A DNA stretch of 64,000 nucleotides from Camelus dromedarius (lineage: Eukaryota): NCBI RefSeq assembly GCF_036321535.1, contig NC_087437.1:15688001-15752000 (forward strand). The letters are read 5' to 3'. The number at the start of each line of letters is the position of its first letter. The first letter of the stretch is position 1. The notes under the pieces were generated by a model. It searched no databases and had not been told where the DNA came from. It was given only the letters and a program-made list of their open reading frames with translations. The position numbers and the translations under genes were made by a program. Of the stretch, positions 25,236 to 36,294 are shown in pieces.

Positions 25236-25715
25236 ATACATTAGCATACAAAAATGGCACTCCCACAGGTGCCATAACAGTTCTGAGGCTAAAAATAAAA
25301 GGTCAAAAAGTGGGCAGTGACCCAATTCCTGGGAATCCCAGCCCCTTTCCCAAAGTAGTTGGAAGGACCCTCCCATTTGTTAGCACATGAAGCTTCCAAG
25401 CCCATAAAACTAACACCCACCGCGTCCCGCGCTGCTCTCCCTTCTGAGCGAGACGCCCGCGCTCCGTCTTCGGAGCGTGTAACCACTTTTACTGTCAACT
25501 AAACACCCACCTCTGCACCTCGTGGCCTTTCTCCTGCCTTCTGAGACAGCCTGCACTCTGTCTACAGAGTATGTATCTCTCTGAATAAATCGACCTTTAC
25601 TCAACTGTGGCTCGCTCTTGACGTCTTTCCTGTGTGAAGCCAAGGACCCACACTTGGCGGGGCGCGTCCCAGGGACACTGCCCTCCTCTCGCCCCATATT
25701 CTTTTTCCTGCATCA
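25236..25715 (+). mobile_element. ERV1 solo LTR, MER41-like, 5'-truncated
   Basis: CATTAGCATAC...CACTCCCACAGGTGCCATAACAGTT; TATA-like CATAAAA at 25403; AATAAA at 25584; U5 GAAGCCAAGGACCC; ends in CA at 25715. Confidence 0.75.
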
Positions 25716-26251
25716 GGAGGACACAGGCCTCCAGTCTGGCCTGAAGTTTGGCTTCTTTCTCCTGTCCGTTGTTTTCTCCCCTCTGTGAAAATACAAAACA
25801 GGAGGCTTAACGTTCAGTCCCTGAGCCTCTGAACGTCTCATAGCTGCCCCCTTGTCCCCTCCCCGCCTTGGTTAATGGTGCTCAGGGGGCAGGGGGACTC
25901 CATCCCCTTTCTCTGGGGCATGAGGTCTCCCTTCTCCAGGGTCTTCCCGTCACACGCCTGCACACGGCCCCTCTGCCTCCCTCTCCAAGGCCCGGCCCCG
26001 GGGGACAATGGCGTTTATGCTCTGATCCAGTGGCCTTGGAAGACATTCATCTCTTAGGAAAATGTGCCTCAGGTGTTGGTGGCTATCACCATCCACACTT
26101 GCTAGTCCTCTGATCTTTTTAGGCCTCAGCTTCTTTGCCTGCAAAGTGGGGATTATAATCCTTTCTCACTTAGTCAAATCTGATCACTGTTTACATTATG
26201 GTTTCTGCCTTTACTCTAGGCTTAGAAAGCTATCATTACCAAATGAATTTT

Positions 26252-26372
26252 GGGGGGGGGGTAATTAGGTTTATTTATTTATTCATTTATTTTTTACTGG
26301 AGGTACTGGAGATTGAACCCAGTGCCTTTTGCATGCTAAGCACTCACTCTACCACTGAGCTGTACTCTCCTC
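26252..26372 (-). mobile_element. tRNA-Ala-derived SINE (vic-1-like)
   Basis: GGAGGTACTGGAGATTGAACCCAG...GCATGCTAAGC...CTCTACCACTGAGCT. TSD AAATGAATTTT / AAATGATTTTT. Confidence 0.9.
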
Positions 26373-28849
26373 ACAATAAATGATTTTTTAAAAAACCGTT
26401 AAAAAAAAACATTTAAAAATCAACAAATAACTTTTTAAAAAGCTGTTTACCTATGTTTTTTCCCAATTGGATCACGGTTCATGTTTCCATTAAACCCATC
26501 TGGATATGCTCTGGGGTGTGATGTGCGCTTCTTTTTCCTGATTGCCTCCAGGCAGTTTATTAAATAGCCTAGCATGTCCTCTGTTGTTTTGGAATGCAGA
26601 CTTTCTCATGAACTAAACACTTATGGATGTTTGTGTCTGTTTCTGGGACTGTTTGCTCCATCCAGCCGGAGGCTCAGCCTCACCCCTCTGAGGGGACCCT
26701 CAGGAAATCTCTGCTTCTGCCCACTGCAGGGGAACAGGCCAAACACACTTAGGGGTGGGGGGCATGTGTGCACGTGGATGTGTAGATGTGTGTGCACTGT
26801 GCATGTGGATGTGTGGGCATGGGCACACGTGTGCGCATCAATGTGCTCTGAGAAGATGTAGCTCACCGGGTTGCAGTTGCAGTTTTAACTTGATTCCACG
26901 TCCTACCTAATTTAGATCACGGAGCTTAGGACATGACCTCTTCAATCTCCGTCCACTCACTTCCCACCCATGCTGGTCAGCACCACGTTCTGTCCTCCAT
27001 CCCTCAGCTCTCGTCAATCCCTGGGTCTCCATTCTCCCTCCCTCCTGCATCTCCACCTTCTCCCTGTCCTCTGCTTCCTGCCTCTAAAACACCGAAGGTG
27101 GGAGGGTCTGGTAAGTGGGATGGAGGACCACAGGTCCAGAGCGGCAGAAACGTGGGGCCAGGTAGGTGGGAGACATCAGGAGGTGCAATCAAGAGATAGA
27201 TGGAGCCAGGATCGCACATTCCCCCCCCCCCCAGGAGCTGGTGGGGGCCTGTGGGCAAAATTGTCTTAGAAAACCCTCCCTGGTAGCAGAGTGGAAAAGC
27301 CTGGCTGGGAGGGCCCAGGACTGGAGGCAGAAATCTTGCTGCAGGAACCCAGGTGAGAGATGAGGACCTGGGCCAGGCCACTGGACAGAGATAGGCTCCG
27401 GAGCTCCGGAGCCACTTGCGTTGGGATTCTCTCCACAGTATGAGCACTGGGCACTGCTGGGCTTGCTTCATGGAGCTGCTGGGGAGGACATGAGACTTCA
27501 CGTCCCACCTGGGGTGTCACAGGAGCAGCAGCAGTCGGCCACAGGGTGTCGGCTATGACATCAGATCAGGCCTCTTCCTTCACTCACTCCTGACACCCAG
27601 CTCGATAGCTGAGCTTGTGTGCCTCAATAGGACCCTAGTGAAGGCAGCTTCCCCGGTCACGACGATGTCCTCTCAGACTCCCTTCTTCCTGACACACTTC
27701 CATCCAAAGTGCCAGCCATAGCACGGTACGGCCTCCTTTTCCAGGGTCCAGGACTTTCTAAGATAAGCCCCTGCAGTTTACAACCTTGCCTCCCATAGCA
27801 CTTCTGCATCCCCCTCAACAGTAGCTGGGGCAAGAGGCAGAGCCTAGAGGACAGGACCTCCCTCCAGAGCTTTGCACAGGCCAGCCTAGGGTCCCTGGGG
27901 AGTGCGATGGTCACTCCACCCACCTGGGCTGACTTTCCCTGGGCTCAGCATCCCAGCAGGAAGCAACTAGAGCCCTGCCCGCACTGGAGATTCCGTTGCA
28001 TACAGCTTGACGGCAGATTGGGGGTGTGGGGGAGGAATGCATTGTGCAGAGAGATGCCAGGTTGTCAGGAAGGACCACAGGGCCCCGAGGATAAAAGATC
28101 ACATCAGCGTGGACAAGGTTTGGCACGGTGTCCAGACTTAGCCTCAGGTCCTGAAGAGAAAGGAGCGTCCGGCTGTACTTCAGTACACTCCGGGGCACCC
28201 TCCTACTCTTGGGCGGAGATCAAACAGTGGCTTTAGGAACTGAAGCTATTTTGCCAGGGAAATGGGGAGTGAAAGTGGGAGGAATCACTCCACTAGGGGC
28301 TCAAGCAACTCTCTTTGCCCAGAGCAGAGCATTTGGTGACAGTAGGGGGGAGTGGTCAGGGGAGGAGCCAGCAGCTCCAGCCTCCAGGGTCGGGGGAGCC
28401 TGAGAGGTCCACGAGCAGGGTGGTGGGCACATGCAGACAGCACAAAGGATGGACATCTCAGAAAGGCGGTGACAACGACCCCAGTGTGGCAGGGAAGCTG
28501 CAGGACAGCCTCCGGGGGAACAAGTCTGCGTCCCCAGAGGAAACTGCCTCGCGTGTGGCCCGGTGAACCTGGTGCACCCTCCCACAGCAAGCGGCTCTGA
28601 TCTGGATGGGAAGGTGACTCATGTGGAACTTATAAATGCGTGTTCAGTTCTGTGGGCCTGCTGGGCAAAATTCCGAACCCTCATTGGAAACTGCATCCAA
28701 ATCTTAGACAAAGATTGTTTGTCAAAAAGCAGAGGGATAAGGATCTTACCAGAAAGATATTGATTATTTATACACTCTTTAATGAATTTCTGCTTGTGTT
28801 TTTCTTTTTTTATACATTTTGTTGTTATTAACACACCACAGATTTTTTA

Positions 28850-28962
28850 AGCTTTATTTTTTAATGTTATTACTTTTATTTTGAATAGAGGTCTTGAGGA
28901 TTGAACCTAGGACTTCGTGCATGATAAGCACACACTCTACCATGAGGTACACCCCCACTCCC
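28850..28962 (-). mobile_element. tRNA-Ala-derived SINE, more diverged copy
   Basis: GAGGATTGAACCTAGGACTTCGTGCATGATAAGCACACACTCTACCA with a T-rich tail on the left. Confidence 0.85.
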
Positions 28963-29024
28963 CTGCATGTGTTTTTCTAATGTAGATTATTGCCCATTAA
29001 GTAGCAGAAATACCTGTCTCCTCG

Positions 29025-29240
29025 TTTATTTTTTTAAAAAACAGCTTCGTTAAAGTATAATTACATACAATACAATGGAGGAGTTGAAAGTGTACACTTT
29101 GATGAGTTTTGACATAAGTTTTGTATATACCTGTGAGATGATCTCTGCAATCAAGACGGTGAACCTATCATCACCCTAAAATGTTTCCTTGTGCCCCTTT
29201 GTGATCTGTCTCTCCATCCTGTACCCTGCACCCCTGCCTG
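29025..29240 (-). mobile_element. L1MB 3' end
   Basis: ACAGCTTCGTTAAAGTATAATTACATACAATAC...AAGTGTACAC...GATGAGTTTTGACA. Confidence 0.75.
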
Positions 29241-29789
29241 GAAGCTTTCTCCAAGCACTGAACTGGGCCCCAGTCTAATGAGTCATAGGGCTCCCTCATT
29301 CAGTTTCTCGGGGATATGCCTTCTTTGTTGCCCAATGTCTTTAGCGCCATTGTTCTGTGTCTTTTATCTGGGTTTGTAGTTGCTTCAGATCAGAGGGCAA
29401 ACCTGGTCTCCATTACTCCATCTTGAATGAAAAAGGAATTCCAACCCACTCAGACTGGATGATTCTCTGCAACTTGATCAGAAAGCCGTGCCTTCTCTGT
29501 CTCCATTCAGAAAGCAGTATCACCCGAGGTGGACTGTCCTGAGTATCTGTTACGTGAGGCGTGCTTCTGCTCACCCAGTCATTTAGCAAGTCTCTCTGAG
29601 GATGTCCTCTGTGCTGCGCTCCCAGTTTGGCACTGGGGATACAGTGATGGGTATGACCGTCATCCCCGTTGCCAGGAAATCCCTGCCGAGTGGGGGATGC
29701 AGACAGCTAAAAGGGCCATCTCAGTCCAGAGGAGCAGGGCCGCGTGAGAGGTAGTCGCGGCGGCCGGGGGAGAGTGTGTTCACGGAAGT

Positions 29790-30219
29790 GGATGCTGCCA
29801 GGGCCCCTCTGGGTTCAGCGGCAGCCCTGGTGGAAAGTTGCCTGTGAGCCAGTCCCACCTCAAGTGCACCTCTTACCTCTCTGCCTCTCTGCCTCAATCC
29901 CTCCCTGAAGCTTCAGAGACCTGCACACCTGCAAACAAGAGCACCTCAGAAATAGTCTGGAAGAGGGAGGGCCTTGTCATCCCTTACCCAGTGGGACATG
30001 GGAGCTGTGATAAATGACCCACTTCCTGTTCTTGAGTGGACAGTTCTGGGGGCACAGTCTGTACGCTTCTCAGAGGTCCCAGGAGCATGGAATCTTCCAC
30101 CGCCCAACTTGCCCTTCCCAAATCTTCCCTCCTGCTCTCTGGGATCACTTCCTAAATAAATTCCCTGTATCTGACACCTTTTCTCAGGCTCTGCTTTCAG
30201 GGGGACTCAAATTAGGACA
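29790..30219 (+). mobile_element. ERVL LTR16-like solo LTR
   Basis: 3' end CTGGGATCACTTCCTAAATAAA...CTCAGGCTCTGCTTTCAGGGGGACTCAAATTAGGACA. Confidence 0.75.
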
Positions 30220-30999
30220 TGACTTACCTAAATTTAGTACCATCAACCCATTTTACAGATGAGAAAATTAAGTCTCAGAGCTTTTTCTGAGGCCACAGGT
30301 TTAGAAAGTGGCAGAGCCAGGGGACAAACACAGGTCACTGGACCCTAACTCCCTTTTCTCCCCCCTCACTCTGGATGCCTCCAGAAGCTATTTATCCAGA
30401 GCACTGGTCAGGGAGAGCTGTAGGGAGCTTGCTGTGCATCCTCCAGGGGCCCAATAACCCCTCTGTCATAATAGTGAAGTCAAAAGTAAAATGAAATAAC
30501 CATGAATCTGTGCCGGTGTTCATCCATGGCTCTTGTGACAACCCAGGGTACATTACTTAAGTCATGGCTTTGAAACAGATGCCAAATATGCCCAGGGTGC
30601 TGGGGTTCACATACGCCAAGTCACGGTCCTTCCCTCCAAGAGTTCCTAGTCTAGGGGGAGTGAGAGCAGCAGGCTGACAGCTAAGGACAGGAGGGACGTA
30701 GGCCAGTCAGGGCTGGAGGGGACACCCTGGGAGGAGTGGCCAGTGTGCTCTGAGGGGAGGAGGGGGTTACCCCAGCCCGAGAGCACATAGCTCAGAGGCC
30801 TGGGACAGCGCCTGCTCAGGGAGCCACTGGCAGGTGGGAGGAGTTAAAGCCCAGTAGGTTGGGAGGGTTTGGTGGCAAGAGGTGGGGAGGAGGAGGCAGG
30901 ACTCGGAAGAGAGGCAGGGAGTAGGTCCCAGAGGCCCCACAGGCCGTGCCAAGGAATCTGGGCCTGGCAATGGGAGCCACCGAGGGCTTTTAAGTAGGT

Positions 31000-31184
31000 C
31001 AGTGGTTTTCAACTTTAGCAAGCATCGTAGTCACATGGAGAGCTTATTAAAACACAATGTTGGGCCCGGCACCTGAGTTGCTGAATCAGAAGGTCAAGGA
31101 TGTGTCCTGAGGATTTGCCTTTTTATCTCCTTCCCAGGGGATGCTGATGCTGGCAGGCTGGGCGCCACACTTTTAGAATCACCG
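31000..31184. mobile_element. MER5A MITE nested in a minus-strand L2
   Basis: CAGTGGTTTTCAACTT...GATGCTGATGCTG...CACACTTTTAGAATCACCG. Confidence 0.8.
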
Positions 31185-31656
31185 AAGTATTGAGGGAAGT
31201 GCTCAGATTCTCGCTGGGATGGATTGGAGAGACTGTTGGCTGCTGCAGAGATTCAGCAGCGAGCTGCAAGGGCTCGAGCCAGGTGTGGGAATGGAGAGAG
31301 CAGGATGGAAAGGAGGAATGTTAAGGAGGATCAGTGGGACTTCAATGGTTTGGGGAAAGAATAATATAAAACTCCAAGTGGACCTTATCACCATCTCAAA
31401 ATCTTCAGATGAGGAGTCAGGGTGTCCCACCAGGGGAAACCTGCAGAGAGGCAGACAGACCCTCCTTTCCTTTATTCCTTCCACTCCTTTCCCTCCTAGT
31501 TAGAAGAGCAACAGAAACTGTTCAAAAAAAGGGAAAATGCCACAAAGAAGATAAAGTGGGACGATAAAACAAAACGAGAGACAAGCAGTGAATGGATCAC
31601 CTGCTGGGACCCAGAGACCTGGAGAGCCACAGAGATGGAGGGGCGGAGCGGAGAGG

Positions 31657-31682
31657 ACAGACAGACAGACAGACAGACAGAC
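31657..31682. repeat. (GACA)6 microsatellite
   Basis: Read directly from the sequence. Confidence 0.9.
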
Positions 31683-32264
31683 CAGAGCTTCCAGCCTTGG
31701 GCCTCACTGGAGGAGTGGGTGCCCTGAGGTACTGATGGGTCAAGACGCTTTGTGGCAAGTCCAGTCTCCCAGCAGTTAATTAAGCCCTGGCTGCCAGTGG
31801 CTGCAGGACACTAGCTTGGCGTCGGAGGGAGGGGGCACTTGTAAGCAAGGCCAAGTAACACTCAGCCAGATAACACTTTCCTGTCTCACCCGCTTTGCCT
31901 GGGCTGCTTTCCCCAGATCCTGCGGCTTGCAAGGCTCTGGAGACTGAATCATCATTAGCATCCCCTGCATAACACTCCCAGTGTGAGCTCTTCCGGGCTC
32001 CTTCGAGCACAGAATTTTTATCCAAGACCAGGCCAGATGCTGACCAAGGCAGTATGGTGTGATGGGGCTGGGCCTCTGCTGTGATATCTGGTTTGACCAA
32101 AGCTCCTCCCTCCTTGCTAATAAATGTCCCTGCCCCTGCAGGCATCCCCCTGGAGGAATGACCCCACAGAGCCCATCCTTCCTGCTCCTGACCTTGGGAA
32201 CTTTCATAGCAGAGCTACCCCAGCAGTCCAGGGAGATACTCCTGAGTCCAGGGCAGCAGGATCC

Positions 32265-32918
32265 CGTTGTTCCCAGCACAGAGCTCCTAAAATTTTTGGA
32301 ATCTCCTGAGTGATGAGAGTGAAAAGATTATGTTAATGAGATAAAGGTTATGTTAATGAGGTGACTTTTGGGGAGCCCCCAGGCCACCTAAGGATGGGGG
32401 CTGGTTGCCAGGGGACCAAGTCACGTGATTAGAAGGTTGGAACTTTCAGTCTCATCCCCAACCCTCCACATCTGGGAAGCGGAAGGGAACAGAGGTTGAA
32501 TTCAATTACCAATGGCCAGTGATTCAATCAACCCTGTCTATGTAATGTAGCCTCCATAAAAACCCAAAAAGGAAGGGGTTCAGAGAACTTCCAGATTGCT
32601 GAATCAGAATGCTTCCACATGCCACTGTGCAAGGCCCCATGGGGACAGAATCTCCTTTGTTCTGGACTTCATCTTAAGTATGTCTTCTTCTGCCCGTTGA
32701 TTTGCATCCTTTGCTATCCTTTAGAATAAACTAGTAATCTAGTGAGTAAACTGGTTTCCTGAGTTCTGTGAGCCATTCTAGCAAATTAATCCAGCCTAAG
32801 GAGGGGGTCGTGAGAACCTCTGATTTATAGCCGGTTGGTCAGAAGCACAGGTGAAAACCTGGATTTGTGATTGGCATCTGAAGTGGAGGGCAGTCTTGTG
32901 GGACTGAACTCTGAAACT
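32265..32918 (+). mobile_element. MER21-like ERV LTR, 3'-truncated
   Basis: GGATGGGGGCTGGTTGCCAG...GTGATTAGAAGGTTGGAACTTTCAG...TTCCTGAGTTCTGTGAGCCATTCTAGCAAATT...GGCATCTGAAGTGG. Confidence 0.85.
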
Positions 32919-33101
32919 GGGAACTATATTCAGTATCTTGTAGTAACTTACGGTGAAAAAGAATATGAAAATGAATATATACATCTTCATGTATGACTGG
33001 AGCATTGTGCTGTATACCAGAAATTGATACAACACTGTAAACTGACTATACTTCAATAAAGTATATATATATACATATATATATAAACAATAAAAAAAAA
33101 A
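32919..33101 (+). mobile_element. Short L1 3' end with (TA)n/A tail
   Basis: GGGAACTATATTCAGTATCTTGTAGTAAC...GACTATACTTCAATAAA. Confidence 0.9.
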
Positions 33102-33849
33102 TGCTGGACCCCCTTGGCACGTCTATATGCCATAAGCACAGGGCTTGTCCTTGTCGCTTGTTTCTGGCTGCTTCCCCGGAAGACTGAGCTCCCCAGGGCA
33201 GGAACTGCTCTCTCCTCTCTGCTCCCCTGAGCCTGGCTCAGGGCCTGGCACACTTGTCCAGTGGGGCAGGAGGGTGATGCACTTTCTGCAGGAGAAGAAG
33301 ACCAAGAGTGGCACCTGGGGAACCCCGACAATTAAGGGCACGTGGGAAAGGAGTAATCAAGAAAAGAGATCAAATAAACACTGAGAGGTAGGATGGAGAC
33401 CGGGAACCCTCAGAGGGAGGTATTTTAAGATAAGACATCCCATCCCAAGAATGCCTTGCATGTGGATACATGGGCATAAATTCCTCGGGCAGAGGCCGTA
33501 TCAGATGTGACCATCGCTGCAGCCAGCCCAGGGCCGGAAGTCAGTGCTCAACACATAGGGGCTGTGAGCCTGTGTCATGATCCAGGTCCTCCCATCAAGA
33601 GGAGGGACGCCTGAGGAGGGAGGGCTGATGGGGCCAGGCACCCTCTAGCCTGGGTTCTCCTGCTTTGCTGTGGCCCCCTCCCCCCTGTGATGTTCCACAG
33701 CGGTGGGCGGCAGCCCACCCCTCTCCTGGGTGAATCACCGGAGGGATGGCAGGTGATTAGGTACATGGACAGCACGTTCATGTATCTCCCTCGGGAAGAA
33801 TTAATTACAACCATAAAAAGAGGACAGGAAGAATTTCCGCCACACTCCC

Positions 33850-34330
33850 TCACAAAGCGGGTGAAGCTGGGCCAGACGGGAGAGGTGCAGCCTCGCGGGG
33901 CCAGGACTCATTCAACGAAAGCACCTTCTCTGGGGAGAAATTGCGCGAGGTCTCAGTAACACCACTGAAATGCAGGGCTAACAAGCGAAGGTCCTCGTCG
34001 ATTGCCTGTGGCCGCGGGACTGAGCTGTTTGAGGTGCCGCGTCCTCCCGCGGCTGCCTGGGCTTGCCCGTGACCTGCGCTGCCCCGCTGCCGCCCGCCCC
34101 GTGGGCTCTGCCGCTGCCCGGGCACGGCGTGGGCCTGGTGGCCAGCGGCCTGGCAAGGACTCAGCTGCCGGGAGGGAAAGGCCTTTGGGGAGTCCAAGCA
34201 CGAAGTGGGCGCCAAGGTCACCGGCAGACAGGGCTGTGCGTTTCCATCCTTTATTCTCCATCCTCAGCTGCGGGGTCTGGTGACTACTCAAGCCCGTGAT
34301 CCCGGACAGTGGTCCCTCTCTCCGCCTTTC
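33850..34330. promoter_or_regulatory. Small non-repeat CpG island-like element
   Basis: About 35 CpGs in ~480 bp by hand count, high GC, and CCGCCC GC-boxes near 34090. Confidence 0.6.
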
Positions 34331-36280
34331 CGTGGGTCTCTGGCTCGCTGTCTCTCTGTGGTCTTCCTAAGCTGCGTTCTATATACAGGCCACCTCTGCT
34401 CGTTCCCTTTGCATCTGTCACCGCTCTATTTACAGTTTCTCTTTCTCTATATTTATCCCGGCTCTCTTTTCCCTCATTGTCTCCCTGTGGTCACTGTCTC
34501 CCTCATTGTGGACTTGTCATAAATGCCTGGGTCTTCCAGAAAAGCAGCTGAACGTGCCCAAATCCACCCCTCTGACAGTCCACATGCTGCAGGTCTTCTG
34601 ACGCTGGTTAAGGAGCCTCGTTCCCCATGGACCACCGGCGTTGGAAAACCAGCCTATAGGCAGCGCTAGCCGCCCGGGGCCGTGGCCCACCATGGAGACA
34701 GTGAGCTAGTGCATCCTGGCTTCCGGTGTTGCCATCCGGGACATCCGCACGGCCAGCATTTCCCTGCTCGAGCAGGGATCCCGGGCTAGGGCTCTGTGGG
34801 CCAGTTCCCCACTCTGCCCTCAGCGTGAGCGAGGAGGCAGACGGTTCTGACGCATGCGCTTCTACAAATGAGAAAACAAAGGCTCAGAGAGGTAGGGCAA
34901 CTTACCTGAGGACACAGGGCTAGACAGCCACGCTCTCGGCCGAGGGTCCTCACTCCTGACCACTTTGCCATGGTGCTCAGGGCGCTGTGGTGTGGGCCAC
35001 AAACATATGCAAACCACATGCTGGTGTGCACCGGCAGGCCTGAGTATGTGAGGCTGTCTGTGCACATGTGTGTGGGGACAGTTTGCATGTGTGCTGCTCA
35101 TGTGCCCTTTTCAGTCTTTATTGCAAATGTGTCAAAACAGCATCTCTGGGTCCCAAGGACTTGCCAGGTGAAGGCCCCCTCCGGGCTGGGGCACGCTCCT
35201 GACTGCCCTGGCGTCCTGTACCACATAGCATGGTGACTGGAGCTGGGCCAGGCGGGCAATGTTGTGTCTTAGCCTCAAGGACTCCTCGAAGCCTTGTCCT
35301 CCTGTGCCCCGGGGCTGTCTCTGCTGGGCCTGGGGCAGCCCTGGGAGCAGCGGGGCTCACAGGCAGAGACCCTGGGCTGCCCTTTTCTGCCAAATCTACT
35401 CCGAAGGCAAGTTTTCTTGCAGGGTTTTGGTGAATGACATGGCTCATCTTGTCAGCAGAAGGGCTGCCCCAGGGTGAGCAGGCTTTCCTCCTGCTTCCTA
35501 CCCCCGCCCCACCCAGCAGTAGGCCACCATCCCCCATGCACTGACCTTGGACTGCCAGGGCTTATGCCCACGCCCATGGCCTCCTGACAGCTAGCATGGA
35601 GATTTTCAAACTGTGTCCTCGCCCTCGAGGCTTTTACTTCTCCATGAGGTGCTTCGGGGGCTCCTCAGTGCAGCGGGTGGAGGGGGTGGGTGGTTATGAA
35701 TGCTCGGGGGGAGGGGAGTCGTTTACTCCCCTCTGACCAGGGCAGCCCTGATTTTAAGTGTTCTACAAATTGGGCTTCTTTCTAAGAGCTTGCGGAGGCC
35801 AGCACCTGACTTCTGCTGCATTTTTATTTTTATTCTTAAATAGGGCCCCAGGCCGCCTTCCCCCTTGACTCTTAGCTAGGGACAGGCAAGCTTTCAGCCC
35901 TTCAGAATCTTCCCTCCCTCCCCCTGGGTCTGGGAAAAGCAGACCACAAGAGGGACGTTCAAGGGGCTGCATGTGTGACGCTGACATTCCCTCCAGATCT
36001 CGGCTGCACCCTTCCTCCCTCCTGAGCACGAGTACCTTGGCCAGGACATATGGGGCCCCTGCGGCAGCTGGATGTGAGGTCAGCTTATTCTGAGCTCAGA
36101 GGAAGAGTCCTGGGCCGTGTGGCCTGAGAGCTGATTTATGGAGGACTTGGAGGAGGGCAGGGGAGTGCCTCATCCTCCACCATCTGGGAGCTCCTGTCAC
36201 GGCCCTGACCCCAGAGCACCCCACTCCCTGCCTCACCCAGCAAGCTCCCAGAAGGGGCAGAGCAATGCCCTCACCCAGAG

Positions 36281-36294
36281 CTGCCCTCTAGTGG
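36281..36294 (-). promoter_or_regulatory. Candidate CTCF site
   Basis: The minus strand reads CCACTAGAGGGCAG, a close match to the CTCF core consensus. Confidence 0.55.
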
